Assembly (NCBI RefSeq): GCF_033153115.1
Contig: NW_026889758.1
Location: forward strand, 18,228,001 to 18,292,000
Reading direction: 5' to 3'
Source of the DNA: Saccostrea echinata
Lineage: Eukaryota
DNA: 64,000 nucleotides
A program made the translations under genes and the position numbers. Below the pieces are notes generated by a model. That model did no database searches and had not been told where the DNA came from. It saw only the letters and a list, made by a program, of their open reading frames with translations. This document shows, in pieces, positions 14,301 to 27,240 of this stretch. The stretch's first letter is position 1. Each line of letters starts with the position of its first letter.

Positions 14301-15563
14301 CAGCAATCATGTCCATAAGTTCTTTTTCCGTCGGGTCCTGACCCATTGACCTCATCACTGCCCCCAGTTCCTCCGTACTGACCGTCCCATCCCCATCCTT
14401 GTCAAACACCAAGAAAGCCTCTTTAATGTCTGAGACAAAGAGAACAACAATTAGTTCGTTAGATAAATAAGTAATTTTTATCAGAAGTGGATATCATGCA
14501 GGATATGATAAGGAAATTGAATCGTGCAATATTATATTTATATTCTGTCCGTCAGAGAAATAAAATTATCCTTGTATCAAAATATGTTGATAGATGGTTG
14601 ATGAAAATGGAAAAATGGAGAGTTGTTATTTTAAAGGTCTCATTCCACTTTTCAAAAGTTTCTTTGTTGGCGTGCTATGGTTAACGGTCAACTTAATTTT
14701 GAACGTATTGTCTTCTCACAAATTATTATATAAAACATAAAATTTTGTATCATAACACAGAATTTTATGTTTCGATAAAAATAGTAATATGATTATAAAG
14801 AGAATATTATGAATCATTGTTGGTGTTGATGATTGAATTACGAACACTCTGCATCAATAATTAAAAATGTTGTGACATCATCGTATTTGCTTATCAGATA
14901 ATAAAAAAATCAATCCCAGAAATTTGACAAGTTCTCTTTATCAGTTTAGTAAATGTATTCCGTTTTTCCTCTACTTTTACTCAATGTATCTTAAGCAAGA
15001 TTGAACTTTAAAATAAAATTCATCAATCTTTTCTATGACATACCATTTATCTGCTCTTCTGTTAGGTTTTCAACCTTAAATATACATAAAAGGGGAAATA
15101 ATGAAAACTTTGAATTAAGAGATATACAGACAAATGCAAGGTTGATCATACTTTCAAAACTTAGCGTGGAATATAGTGTATTTCAGTTCATTACTCACAG
15201 ATTTTAAAACCTGTTTTAAATTATGTTTACACGTGAAAGAAAATACTCTGTAAATACATTTGAATTCCCTTTTTGTTTATTTTCCATAAGAACCTTTAGA
15301 ATTTTATTTACATTAACGTCAATGATTTTTAAATTACTGCCCATGACTCCCCGTTTTGAAAATATCAAAATAAGTCTTTCTTCTTTCTCCATTTTAAAAA
15401 CAAATTATTTTGTCTTTTTTGGTTGTGTAAATTATCACAGTTAATCTCATTAAGTAGGTGTAATCTCATTAGATTTTATACCAAAAAGATGTACATGTAA
15501 TCTCATTTAATGCATCATCAAATCGATAATTACTTTAGTTAAATAGCCAGTATTACTTACCAT
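11359..15563 (-). CDS. Calmodulin-like protein, paralogue 2 (5 coding exons; EF4 dead)
   Basis: Exons: 15561-15563 (ATG|gtaagt), 15044-15074, 14286-14429, 13591-13833, 11359-11387. Protein: [149 protein letters not shown]. Matches ORF 13559..13822. Confidence 0.92.
12071..12201. mobile_element. Short palindromic MITE in the last intron of paralogue 2
   Basis: CGGGGCCATA...TATGGCCCCG termini with internal GAGCTC/ATCTCAGT..ACTGAGAT/GAGCTC symmetry. Confidence 0.6.
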
Positions 15564-16262
15564 TTTATTTGGCACATTTAGAATTCCAACCGCAGCTCTT
15601 CTTCTGCGCGCATTTATTCACGGAAATTTAAAATCAATGGCAAAAGTGCTTTCTTTGAAAATAAAACAACCTTTAGTTTTACAAATGTCTTTGACACACT
15701 CTAATCAATGACTACACGGTTATATGAGTGGAAACCAAATAAGCATTTGACAAGGTATATCATACACGAAAATCAATCTTTCCTCTTCTGCCACTACTGT
15801 GAAATAGTACCATTTCGTGACCCAACTTTGAATACAAAGAAATCATCAATATTTTTGTTGAACGCTTTCACACGGGACAAATGTAAAATTGATTGACATT
15901 TTTGACTCGATCAGTCCGTCGGGACAAATAAATATATGTCTGAAATACAAGTTATAATATTGCATTTAATTGAATAATACGAAGTCGGAAGTTTAATTAC
16001 CAAGAAGAAATTTAAAAATGGCATCCATCATTGCTGTATACAAAACTGAACCAAAGAAGTGCACAAGAGGTTGTTCGCCAGTATTTACTTTCTTATATTC
16101 TGGTACAGATCAACAGAAATTGCTTGTTCATTCCATGATAAGCAAAAAGAAAAAGGTCTGGAAATGAATATCAATCATATTCAATGCACATTTATTTTGA
16201 TTTCTTCACACCGTCTTCTTTAATTTCTATCAGAAAGAGTTTGGTATTACAACCGTATAAAC

Positions 16263-17865
16263 TCAGCTATCATATCTTGAAGACTGTGTCACCAGCTTTA
16301 TATAATCTGAAAGTAAAAAAAGTCTTTATAAAAAAAATTTAAATAACAAATTTAAAAATATCTTAAAGGCAAAAGAAATATCTGTAGTCCATGACGAAAG
16401 TCAATGACACTTTAATTAAACTTTGGCAATAACCCTCTAATTAGAAAAATGTACACGTAATTCATAGATGGTCTCTTCGTGTCAGAATGGTACTGATCTA
16501 AAGAATCAATACTCAATAAACGAATTACCTTGAAAATCGACCTTTCCTTTTTGGTTAAAGTCAGCAATTTGTATCATTTCATTGACTTCTTCCTCCGTGT
16601 ACTTTTCACCTAGATTTGTCATCAGATGCCTAAGTTCTCGGACTGTAATATATCCGTCTCCATCCTTATCAAAAATTCGAAAGGCTCTTTGTAATTCATC
16701 CTCGATATCTGCTTGTCGCATTCTAAGAGTCAGTGCGTTGACAAAATCGTGGAATCCAAATTCCCCTAAATTCCATCGAATTACAAGAAATTGCAATTAA
16801 AAGTCCATTTAAACACGAATGACATAATTGCATGGCGGAAAAAACGAACATAGAACTGACGTCACAAGAGCAATAAAAGCTGTCTGCACATCTTGTATTA
16901 CAATTACTGTCTAAATCAACATTTGATAATGAAACATCAATAGAAATATCTGATGGAAAACGTAACATTTCTAGAATACCTAGGAGTAAGCAAAATATTT
17001 AAAAAATAAATTTTAAAAAAATGATTAATAGGTTCAACAACATTATTTTGATCTTATTTGTTGAAAATATTTATTAACTAAAAAGAACATTATATAATAC
17101 CATCTTTATTCAGAAGTTTTGCCATGTTGTTGATATCTGATCGTCTTGCTGTAGGATCTATTTTGCGAATGATATCGGGAAGTTGCGATATTGCCACCTT
17201 CCCCGTCCCACTGGTGTCCAACATTTCAAAGGCAGCGCGAAATTCTAAACATTCAAATCTTAGATAATGTTATGTAGTTAAAAGATGCTACACGACTTAT
17301 ATCATCACGGTAACACCTACTACATAAAAGCTAAATAGAGAAATTTGTTTCTCACCTTCAGTTTAAGGACATTGTATTATATAAGTATTTAAATGAAAGG
17401 TTTTTACAGTCTCTTCATAGCCTGTTTAATTAAACGGTAAGAAGAGAAATGATGGGACAGGTTTAACAGTCATTGATAGAAAATGTATGGTCTCTATACA
17501 TTTCTCTAATTCAAATCTTTTAGTGAGGAAAATAAAACTGCTTTTTTCTATTTACATTTCATATACTGCGTAGGATGAATCCATTGCTTACTATGTTTAC
17601 ATGTTCTTTTTCTGAAATTAACATTTAAACAACCAGCAAATTGACAGAGAAATAAAAAATATAATCCTACCTGTAACTTGCTCATCAGTTAATACGTCGG
17701 GCCAAGCATTTGCCTATAAAAGGACATTTATATCAATATAAACATAAGCAGAAAATACACTGTAAAAAAAGATTACAATTTAAAATACTAGACGATTGGT
17801 AATATTTTCATGATACATGTATCATAAAATATATATATCAAGACATCAAGAATACGCCTCACCAT
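16263..17865 (-). CDS. Calmodulin-like protein, paralogue 3 (degenerate N-lobe; only EF3 canonical)
   Basis: Exons: 17863-17865 (ATG|gtgagg), 17671-17713, 17101-17244, 16529-16765, 16263-16306. Protein: [156 protein letters not shown]. Confidence 0.9.
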
Positions 17866-18577
17866 CTTACGAGAAAAACAGACAGTCGTCTTCACAACCT
17901 TCTTCTAAGCCATTCCGCCAAATTGCAGTTAGTACACCGCGGTATATGTCTTGTCAGCTGGTGAGGTGCACTGGTTTCTATCTTATATTTCACACGAAGA
18001 ACATGTCTTACTTTCTGGATTTTAATCATTATCAATTTAATCAATTCATTTTGGCTTTAGGTTTCTAGTCGACAAGCTATACACCTTTTTTATTTTTAAA
18101 ACCCAGTCTTTTATATCTTGAAAAGTGTGAAAATTTTGTAGAGCTCGCTGTCAAAATAGTTTAATCAATAGATAAATGGTGTATCTGTCGTCACGAAGTT
18201 AAAGATATACGTATATTATTAAACAATCATCCAGATATCTCAAAATCTATGCAATTCTTCCGTTATGTCCATATAAAACTTTGACTTTAAATTCCCATGT
18301 TGATTTTACTAATAAAATTAAAATAGGAACAGAACATATAACATTCCTACTAATACATATCTTACAAACTTTTCTATCATTTATTTCTCATTCACTTTGT
18401 AAAGGACTTGATGATTCGGTTATATTGTTAATTAAACAAATTAATTGTACAATGAATTAATTCTTAGTCTTAATTAATCTTGTAAAGGAATAGAAACACG
18501 ATTTCAAGGGTCTATCGAAAATTTAAATCATGTTAATAATTATAGTTAATTATAGTTAATTATAGTTAAACTAAACG

Positions 18578-19398
18578 TAGGAGGGATTGTCAAAAAGTTC
18601 ATGGACTGACGTCATAAAATTAATACCGCTTATTATACATCAATGAATTATACACATTTATTTAAAATCATATTTTCTACCTGCAGAATAGACTATAAGT
18701 CAAACGGTTGATCTTTGAATAAATTGTAAATGTTTCCTTAATCAATGGTATCTCCACACGGCGCAACCTCAAAGTACGAGGTATTTCTTTGTGAGTATAA
18801 AATGAACATATCCTTTGAAATGAGCATTTGTCATCCAATAATCAATTGAAGTCATTAGTTTGATTTGACATAACCTTGTCGTAAAATTTACAATTTTACC
18901 TCAATTTTTCAGATCTGTGAGATCTTACCGTTAATTCAAAAGAGAGTACTAAACTCTTATTGGTTAAGGGGTTTTGAAAAACTCACATAGACTTAAGAAA
19001 CTTTAGAACAGACCAATGGAGAAGACAAAATTTGTACAGATTACTCATTTTTAAAAGGCACAAAAGATTCAGAGAGAGAAGAGACACATTTAATGCTGAT
19101 TCGCGGACCGGGTGTCCAAATTAAGTCAGTTATGTCAAAAAGTAACATTGCCCGTGTGCCTTAAAAATTTAATTTGAACGTCAACGAGCGGATTAAGGCA
19201 AAGTCAACTAAGAATCTTTCATCTTAAGTGTAGGTTTATTTTCAATATTTTGTTTTGAAATCGGCTGTTCATGAAATTTTAAAGTCATATAAACAAGATG
19301 AGTTTCAATCAGTTTTAATACAAGGATGTCTCGTCAAGAAAAGTATATTGAGGCAGTAGGAAGGAACATCGAGGGGCGATGACGTTGTCAAACGTCAT
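18578..19398 (+). mobile_element. Mariner-like non-autonomous element, copy 2
   Basis: Starts GAGGGATTGTCAAAAAGTTCATGGACT and is colinear with the other two copies. Confidence 0.65.
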
Positions 19399-19489
19399 AA
19401 AACAAAAGCACCTGGTGATCATATTATATCTTTTCCATTTAACGATAATTGGCTAATAGTAAACATATACATATAGAGCTAAATTAGCT

Positions 19490-19493
<4 letters not shown>

Positions 19494-19573
<80 letters not shown>
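19494..19573. repeat. (TA)n microsatellite
   Basis: About 40 TA units. Confidence 0.95.
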
Positions 19574-19580
<7 letters not shown>

Positions 19581-20150
19581 AATAATAATAAGACATGACG
19601 TCATAACATTTAACGTACAACAAAAACATGGTCCATTTGAAAACGTATACTTGGTAAAAAGTAACACAGCCCAATTGAAATATAAGGCTTATTTGATGAC
19701 AGGTGACTTGCTTTACTTGACATGATGTAGATAGCATCCGACGGTGTAAGACGTTAGGAAGATGTATTCCATTTATCGTATGCATTTGTGTAAGGTGGGA
19801 CAGCTATCACGGTACAAAGTCCATATGCATTGGGCAGAAACAGACAACAGTTAATGAAGGTAATTTAATATCAAGCAGTGATCACCATAAATTGATAGGC
19901 ATCTCGTTAGAGTTCTTTTTTCTGTATCGGGAATTGATACATATACTTAACATGTTTCATTTGATAATGTTCAGGGGATGCCAGGCATGATATTTTATCC
20001 GAGAAACGGCAGTGACATGATAGGTAACGACATCCTTCAATGAACAGATTTTATACGAAATCTGGTAGTGAAAAACATCCACAAACCAAAAAGAAAAAGA
20101 ACATGGATCCCATTGCCTATTCACAGGTTTATATAAATATATATAATTGG

Positions 20151-21870
20151 TGGCATATTTATTTTTGATGTGCCATCTTTTTGCTGTATACTTACTGTTT
20201 TTTATATTTTTTGCAAATATTGTTTATCGGTAAATTTAGGGGATCAGCATATTGATATGTATTGTGTGAATACCTTTTGGTCTGATCCCCTATCATGTTT
20301 ATGTATATATATTTCTTATTTTCGTCATTTTTAATAAATGACATATTTCATCTCAACATTGGTGTTGATTTCATTGATTATAACTCAGCAAAAACAGAGC
20401 TGCGGTGAGTTTGTGCAGCATGAGGAAACATAAAACAACAATTATGTAAATAATTTCATTTATGTGTTGAATGCTGTCTAGTTTTCTTTTGTTTAAATGT
20501 AAGTAAGTAAATATTGTATTTTGTATTGTTTTAAATCTCAATATATTGATTTTTCTTCATCGGCTTGAATTCTCCCATGCCTTGCAGGTGTCAGGTGCAC
20601 GTTATGCAATTTTCCCCATTTCTTCAGTTTCGGCTACTTGTTACACAACTCCAAAATTTTCCATGGTCAAACCTTACCCCTATGCAAGCTAATAGCCAAT
20701 CAGAAATGACCATCATGGTCACGTGTTTTGATGCTGTCGGTGGCTGACCAGTCAGCGATGGGTCATTCTCGCCTCATCTATGCTACTAATAACAACAAAA
20801 TATTTGGCACACCCACCACCACCCCTGTCTTTCCTACCTTATTTTGCATTTATATATTTTAATTTTACTGGCATATTTATTTTTGATGTGCCATCTTTTT
20901 GCTGTATACTTACTGTTTTTTATATTTTTTGCAAATATTGTTTATCGGTAAATTTAGGGGATCAGCATATTGATATGTATTGTGTGAATACCTTTTGGTC
21001 TGATCCCCTATCATGTTTATGTATATATATTTCTTATTTTCGTCATTTTTAATAAATGACATATTTCATCTCAACATTGGTGTTGATTTCATTGATTATA
21101 ACTCAGCAAAAACAGAGCTGCGGTGAGTTTGTGCAGCATGAGGAAACATAAAACAACAATTATGTAAATAATTTCATTTATGTGTTGAATGCTGTCTAGT
21201 TTTCTTTTGTTTAAATGTAAGTAAGTAAATATTGTATTTTGTATTGTTTTAAATCTCAATATATTGATTTTTCTTCATCGGCTTGAATTCTCCCATGCCT
21301 TGCAGGTGTCAGGTGCACGTTATGCAATTTTCCCCATTTCTTCAGTTTCGGCTACTTGTTACACAACTCCAAAATTTTCCATGGTCAAACCTTACCCCTA
21401 TGCAAGCTAATAGCCAATCAGAAATGACCATCATGGTCACGTGTTTTGATGCTGTCGGTGGCTGACCAGTCAGCGTTGGGTCATTCTCGCCTCATCTATG
21501 CTACTAATAACAACAAAATATTTGGCACACCCACCACCACCCCTGTCTTTCCTACCTTATTTTGCATTTATATATTTTAATTTTACTGGCATATTTATTT
21601 TTGATGTGCCATCTTTTTGCTGTATACTTACTGTTTTTTATATTTTTTGCAAATATTGTTTATCGGTAAATTTAGGGGATCAGCATATTGATATGTATTG
21701 TGTGAATACCTTTTGGTCTGATCCCCTATCATGTTTATGTATATATATTTCTTATTTTCGTCATTTTTAATAAATGACATATTTCATCTCAACATTGGTG
21801 TTGATTTCATTGATTATAACTCAGCAAAAACAGAGCTGCGGTGAGTTTGTGCAGCATGAGGAAACATAAA
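20151..21870 (+). repeat. 718-bp head-to-tail repeat (2.4 copies, B-A-B-A-B); candidate non-autonomous Ngaro-like element
   Basis: Units start at 20151, 20869 and 21587. The 284-bp B part occurs three times and ends AACATAAA. Copies are nearly identical (one visible A/T difference, CAGCGATGGG vs CAGCGTTGGG). Flanked by ATAAATATATATAAT at 20133-20147 and 21866-21880. Confidence 0.85.
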
Positions 21871-21939
21871 TATATATAATGTGCTGATTACCTTTAGCAT
21901 AAGTTTAACTTACGATGTGTATATTAACCTTTCACAGAA

Positions 21940-22575
21940 TGATGGATATGTTCAGCATGAGTTCGAAGGATACTCGAAATAGAAGACACATCTGTTTCAT
22001 ATTTGGGTGATTTTAAAAAAAGTCAGAAAAAGACATTGATGGCAAACTGACAATTAAACTTTATGATAAATGTGATGTCTTCATTTTTTCTATCGTCAAC
22101 TTCATCTATTCATATAGCAATTTCCACTATCACCTGCATATGGAGTTTGTGTCTCAGTTGATTCGATAGGCAAAGCATTTACTACATACGAACACTTTCT
22201 AAAACGAGGCATATTACAAATAAGTTGATGGTACAAGGATATCAATAATCTCCTTTAAAGTAAACATTTCGCATAGCCTATGGTCGATACAATGATCTTG
22301 TTTGCAAATAAAATCTGTCATTAAGTCGAATGTTAACTGAAAATTGTTCATACAGATTGTTAGGCCATTATGTTCACATTGCAATGTCTACAGATTTTTC
22401 CGTCTTTTCCGATCATGACAAGGAGCACATGCGGGTGTGAACAGTCGGCAGGGGATGCTCACTCCTCTATTGCACCTTATCCCACCTCTGATGCTTTAGA
22501 AGTTGCTCTGCTCCTGATTTCTATTGTTTGAATGGACTTCTGAGTTTGTATACTGTTTGTTATCTTCATAGTCCA
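21940..22575 (+). mobile_element. Penelope-like 3' fragment, decayed
   Basis: Degenerate KLYDK..FSIVNF..SNFPLSPAYGV coding sequence and the 3' UTR motif at about 22430-22495. Confidence 0.72.
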
Positions 22576-22903
22576 TGACATTTGATAGTCACGCCACATC
22601 ATAGTAACAATAAAGACATACACGTATATACAGCTGTATTTTCTGAAAATTTTCTTCAAAGAAAATCAAAATAAACCATTAAAAATGCAGGTAATCTATC
22701 ACAAAAGCATTGACAAAGCGCAAAATTGTCACTCTGCGTTTTTTTCAGATGTCATGGAAACAAACCTCGAACATAGCGTACTTGATTGTTTATGTTGTTA
22801 TTTACATCTTACTCAATATGATTCTATATCACAGATGAAAAATTGCACATCATTTGATGTTAAATGAACGTTTTGCGTATCCCTTTTTTAACAAGAATGT
22901 CTT

Positions 22904-24266
22904 TCACGTAGTAATCATCATTTTTACGAAGTCTGAAAAATAGATATACGTATAAAAGATCATATGTTAAAAAGATTAATTGAAACAAAACAGTATTTGT
23001 AAGATTATGTATTTTTCAGTATGTTCAAAATATACCATATACTATTTCACCTGTTATGTTAACTAATCCGTCCTCGTCTTTGTCAGCCTTTTGTATAAGT
23101 TCTTCTGCTTCCTGTTCTGTGATGCCATTACCCAGGGCCGCCATTGCTTCTCTAAGATCATGAGCAGTGATCGTCCCACAACCATCCATATCGAATACGC
23201 TGAACACCTCTGTTAATTCTTCCTCCGTTATAATTTCTGTCTGGTCCCCTCTTTTGACCATGATTTCCATGAAATCGAGGTAGCTTATGAAACCATTTGC
23301 TTAAAAGAGACAAGGCCATATCACTGAAATCCATTCCGTAATCATTGATTTGTACTCACTCTGTTCATTATGATAAGTCTTAAGTTATTTGCATTTACTT
23401 AGACACATTGTATAAGAACCTTTTAAGAATTGTAAAATACATGTATTTTTTACACAAAATCTGAAATATTTTAGATATATTCCCCAGGACCCCAAAAGAC
23501 TTGTAGAATACATGTAGTTTTTTTTACACAAAATATTAAACACTTTAAACATATTACAGAGGGTTTCTCACTCAGTATGATCAAATTATAATTCCTTAGT
23601 TGAAATCAAATGTATTCCTTTAAGTGATAAACTACATGTGTACGCTCTTTCGTTTGCTATATTATTTATTTGCGAAATTAATCAGGTTTTCCTTCCCGAT
23701 ATCCATTCATTTTTACACGTGAACTATAGATATCATGAAATCTTTGTTACAAATGTAGAACATAAAAATCAAGCTTACCACTTCTGTCGTACTCCTGTAT
23801 CATTGATTTAATGTCGTCATGGGCAATATCCTGGCCTAAAGCCTTCATGACTTTTTCCAAGTTCTCTACGGATATCGTCCCATTCTTATCCTTATCAAAA
23901 CGTCTGAACACTTGCTGGTACACTTTATAACAAATATGAAGTAAAAGATAAATTTCAAATTGCAGTTATATTTTCTGTATATAAAGTGATTTTTTATATA
24001 CATTCCCTCCTAGGTCAAGGCAAACTTTACATACATATAGATTTTATTTACTATTTCTCCCAATAAAATTGGTGATACATGTATTCAGAAAAATAATGAC
24101 TTACACTTTATTTGCTCATCGGTTATGACAGGCTCCTAAAATACGAAAAAACAAACACTGAGAAACAGAATCGAAGATGCACATCCTGCGCAGTTTCACT
24201 TAGTTTCCAAATTACCTTTTTAACTGGTTTCTTTTTCTTTCTCCTAACAACCTTTTTCGGTGGCAT
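22904..24266 (-). CDS. Calmodulin-like protein, paralogue 4, with polybasic N-terminal extension
   Basis: Exons: 24216-24266, 24105-24135, 23779-23922, 23051-23299, 22904-22932. Protein: MPPKKVVRRKKKKPVKKEPVITDEQIKLYQQVFRRFDKDKNGTISVENLEKVMKALGQDIAHDDIKSMIQEYDRSANGFISYLDFMEIMVKRGDQTEIITEEELTEVFSVFDMDGCGTITAHDLREAMAALGNGITEQEAEELIQKADKDEDGLVNITDFVKMMITT*. Confidence 0.9.
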
Positions 24267-25974
24267 TATTAATTCTTTCTAGTTTGTATTTATCATGGAA
24301 TCCAGTAAGTTTTAGAGTGCGTTTTCACATATCCATTTCAAAAGACAACAACCAGGGGTTACAGATATCCAAGTTTTGTTTACAAACTTAAAAAAACTTG
24401 ACAAGAGTGTAAGGTGCTCTACAGTAAAATGAATTCAATAGACTCTTGGCAGGGTTTATATTTTTGGTTGCCTTTCTAATCTACTTTTATCATAGTTCCA
24501 CTGATAATCTGAGCTAATCATAAGGTTTTGTAATAAATCTAATTTGAAAGAACTAAATACAGGTAGAAGTAAACAAAGATGGCTTACCATAACCGCATAA
24601 TCGTTTAAAATCTTTGCTAATGGCAGTATTTCAATAGGGGAAGGTCGAATAACCTTGAATTTAAATCTCTTCGTACAAAGACCGGTTGAATAGACATGTG
24701 TAAAGATCGATACCCATACCACAGCTCGTTAGGACTCTTAAATGTCACTATAATTATAAATACAAGGTCCAATAGTTTTTCCTTTAACACTGAGCCCTCG
24801 AACATATTCCGGTGAAGGTACCATGATAACATTTAAAGTTTCCTTGTAATGGAATCTTGCAAATTATTTGTGTCATTAAATAAATATACATATACTGAAA
24901 AGAAATGTAAACTTTTGCTCCATCTAAACATCTATTGATACTTAATGTATTTTATGAAGAAAAAAATCTAAAATACTTTTGTTTTTAAACAATCCTGAAA
25001 CGTAAAAGACTAGATATGGTAATGGCCGAGTTTAGTCCCCTGTTTGATACAAAAATCAAAACGCAGTAAAAATCCGATAATTTGCAATTTTAAAACTAAA
25101 AATGACGCTTGTTTTAAAACCAGTATTGATTTTATTTCATAGTGTACAAGATAGCAACATGAGGAGGACGATTTGATTATTTAACATTTATTCTTCGATT
25201 CTCGTCACATTTTAGATACTTTTCATTTCGGGAAACACAAAGCACAAGCTTGCCTATATGAGATTTTCATACACAAGATTTTTCTGATACTGGTGCATGA
25301 AATATCTAAATTTGGTAGATAGGCAAGGTTGAACCCAACATTTTCTGAGAGAAAGTTTGGAAATTGACAGATTTCTTGACATTTCTGTGACCTCTGTGTA
25401 TGCTATCATTGATTTTTCAAAACTCCAAATTCAGGGCAAAGGGGGGATCTTCTCCAATCGCGTTCTTTAAAGTAGATATCGATACTCTGATCAGAATCAG
25501 AAAATTTTATTTAAAGTCGGATTNNNNNNNNNNNNNNNNNNNNNNNNNNNNNNNNNNNNNNNNNNNNNNNNNNNNNNNNNNNNNNNNNNNNNNNNNNNNN
25601 NNNNNNNNNNNNNNNNNNNNNNNNNNNNNNNNNNNNNNNNNNNNNNNNNNNNNNNNNNNNNNNNNNNNNNNNNNNNNNNNNNNNNNNNNNNNNNNNNNNN
25701 NNNNNNNNNNNNNNNNNNNNNNNNNNNNNNNNNNNNNNNNNNNNNNNNAGAAAATTTTAAAGGTTTAAAAATGAATAAGCCACCCTTCATTTTTTAGATT
25801 ATTATCGATCTTATCAGATTTCATTCATATCTCAAAGGAAAGTTTGAAGATAATAATAAAGTTACATGGGATGTAATTTGAAAACCAACAATAGCAAATT
25901 TTGAGAAATAATTTTGCCAGCAAGTAGCTACATGTCTTGCTTGATATCTTTTCGCATGGAGGTTTTATGGAAAT

Positions 25975-26620
25975 AGGTGAAGACAAATATTGATTAATCT
26001 TAAAAACTCTGTAAACAATACGAATTGTAAACAGAGCAAAAACATAGACCCCTGAAAACATCTGAGGTGGGATCAGGTGCCTAGGATGATCAAGCATCCC
26101 CTGTCGACCGGTCACACCCGCCATAATCCCTCTGTAGTGATCAGGTGAACGTAGTGAACAGTACTGAGTAGTTAAAATTGATATAAAAACAACGGCCCAA
26201 CAGTTTGTAGGATACGTGTTAGTAAAAATTCGACTGAACGATGTTTTACAGTATTTGGAAATAAGATCATTACAGCAACCATTGAATTTGCAAAATGCTG
26301 ACTCGAAACAAAATTGAAGCCCTATACATGTAACATCCTTTTTCAAAACCCTGCCTCGGTTAAAAAAATTATCGTACTTGGAACATGCTTTTGCGTACCT
26401 AATTAGTTGAGAGACATAAACACGATATAAAGGTGAAAGTGGAAATTATATGTATAACTTCATAAAAAGGGATAGTTGACCATGGAAAAGTTTATAAGAT
26501 AATTTACTTTTTGTTGGCCATTAATAAATGTAGTCAGTGTAACATCCAAGGATGAATCAGATGTGGCAGACTCTGTGGTGTAATTTATTTCGACTTCACT
26601 GGGATATATTCAGTCTACAT
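25975..26620 (-). mobile_element. Penelope-like 3' fragment, older subfamily
   Basis: 3' UTR motif GGTGGGATCAGGTGCC...CACACCCGCC plus degenerate RT C-terminal coding sequence. Confidence 0.7.
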
Positions 26621-26706
26621 ATTCATGAATGAAAATATTTTTTATTAATTCATATTGTGAATATATCATGATGTCAATTTAAATGCCACGGCAAGAGTTT
26701 TCGTAA

Positions 26707-27240
26707 AATATATGGAGATAACGAACAGTATTCAAGCTCAAAAGTCCATTAAACAATACAAAATAGGAGCAGAGCAAACATCAGAGGTGGGATCAGGTGC
26801 CATGGAGGAGTGAGCATCCCCTGCCGACCTGTCATACCCGCCGTGTGCTCCTTGTCATGATCGGGAAATAACGGAAAAATCCGTCGACAATTCAGTGTGT
26901 AAATAATGGTCTAACAATTAGTTTGAAAAACGTCAGTCAGCATTTGACTCAGTGATAAATTGTATTTGCTGACAAGGTCATTGTATCGACCATAGAACTT
27001 ACGAAATGATGACTTTAAACGAGACTGCTGATATTCCTGTTTTACCAACTTGTTTGTCAATAATTTACCTCGTTTTAGAAATTGTACATACGTAGAGCAT
27101 GCTCTTGCGTATCGAATCAACTGAGAGATATAAACCCCGTATGCAGGTGATGAAGTTATATTGCTGCATAAGAAAGGGAAGATGATTGAAAAGTTAAAGT
27201 CATCACGTTTATCATAAAGCTTGGTTGTTAGATTACCATT
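26707..27240 (-). mobile_element. Penelope-like 3' fragment
   Basis: TKLYDKRDDFNFS...PAYGVYISQLIRYARACS...TNC* plus the same 3' UTR. Nearly identical to 38826-39400. Confidence 0.85.

Noticed and set aside
19453-19785. ORFs with YIYI runs or X runs (also 55885, 3491, 25400, 55094)
   Set aside because: They are artefacts of (TA)n microsatellites and N gaps (3527-3659, 25524-25748, 55214-55434).
20590-20640. Hammerhead ribozyme (minus-strand CTGAAGA...GAAA) that would make the repeat a retrozyme
   Set aside because: No convincing stem II or stem I, and no correctly placed NUH cleavage triplet.
20565-21770. Duplicated 60-aa and 90-aa ORFs
   Set aside because: They are by-products of the 718-bp repeat, with no recognisable domain or splice structure.
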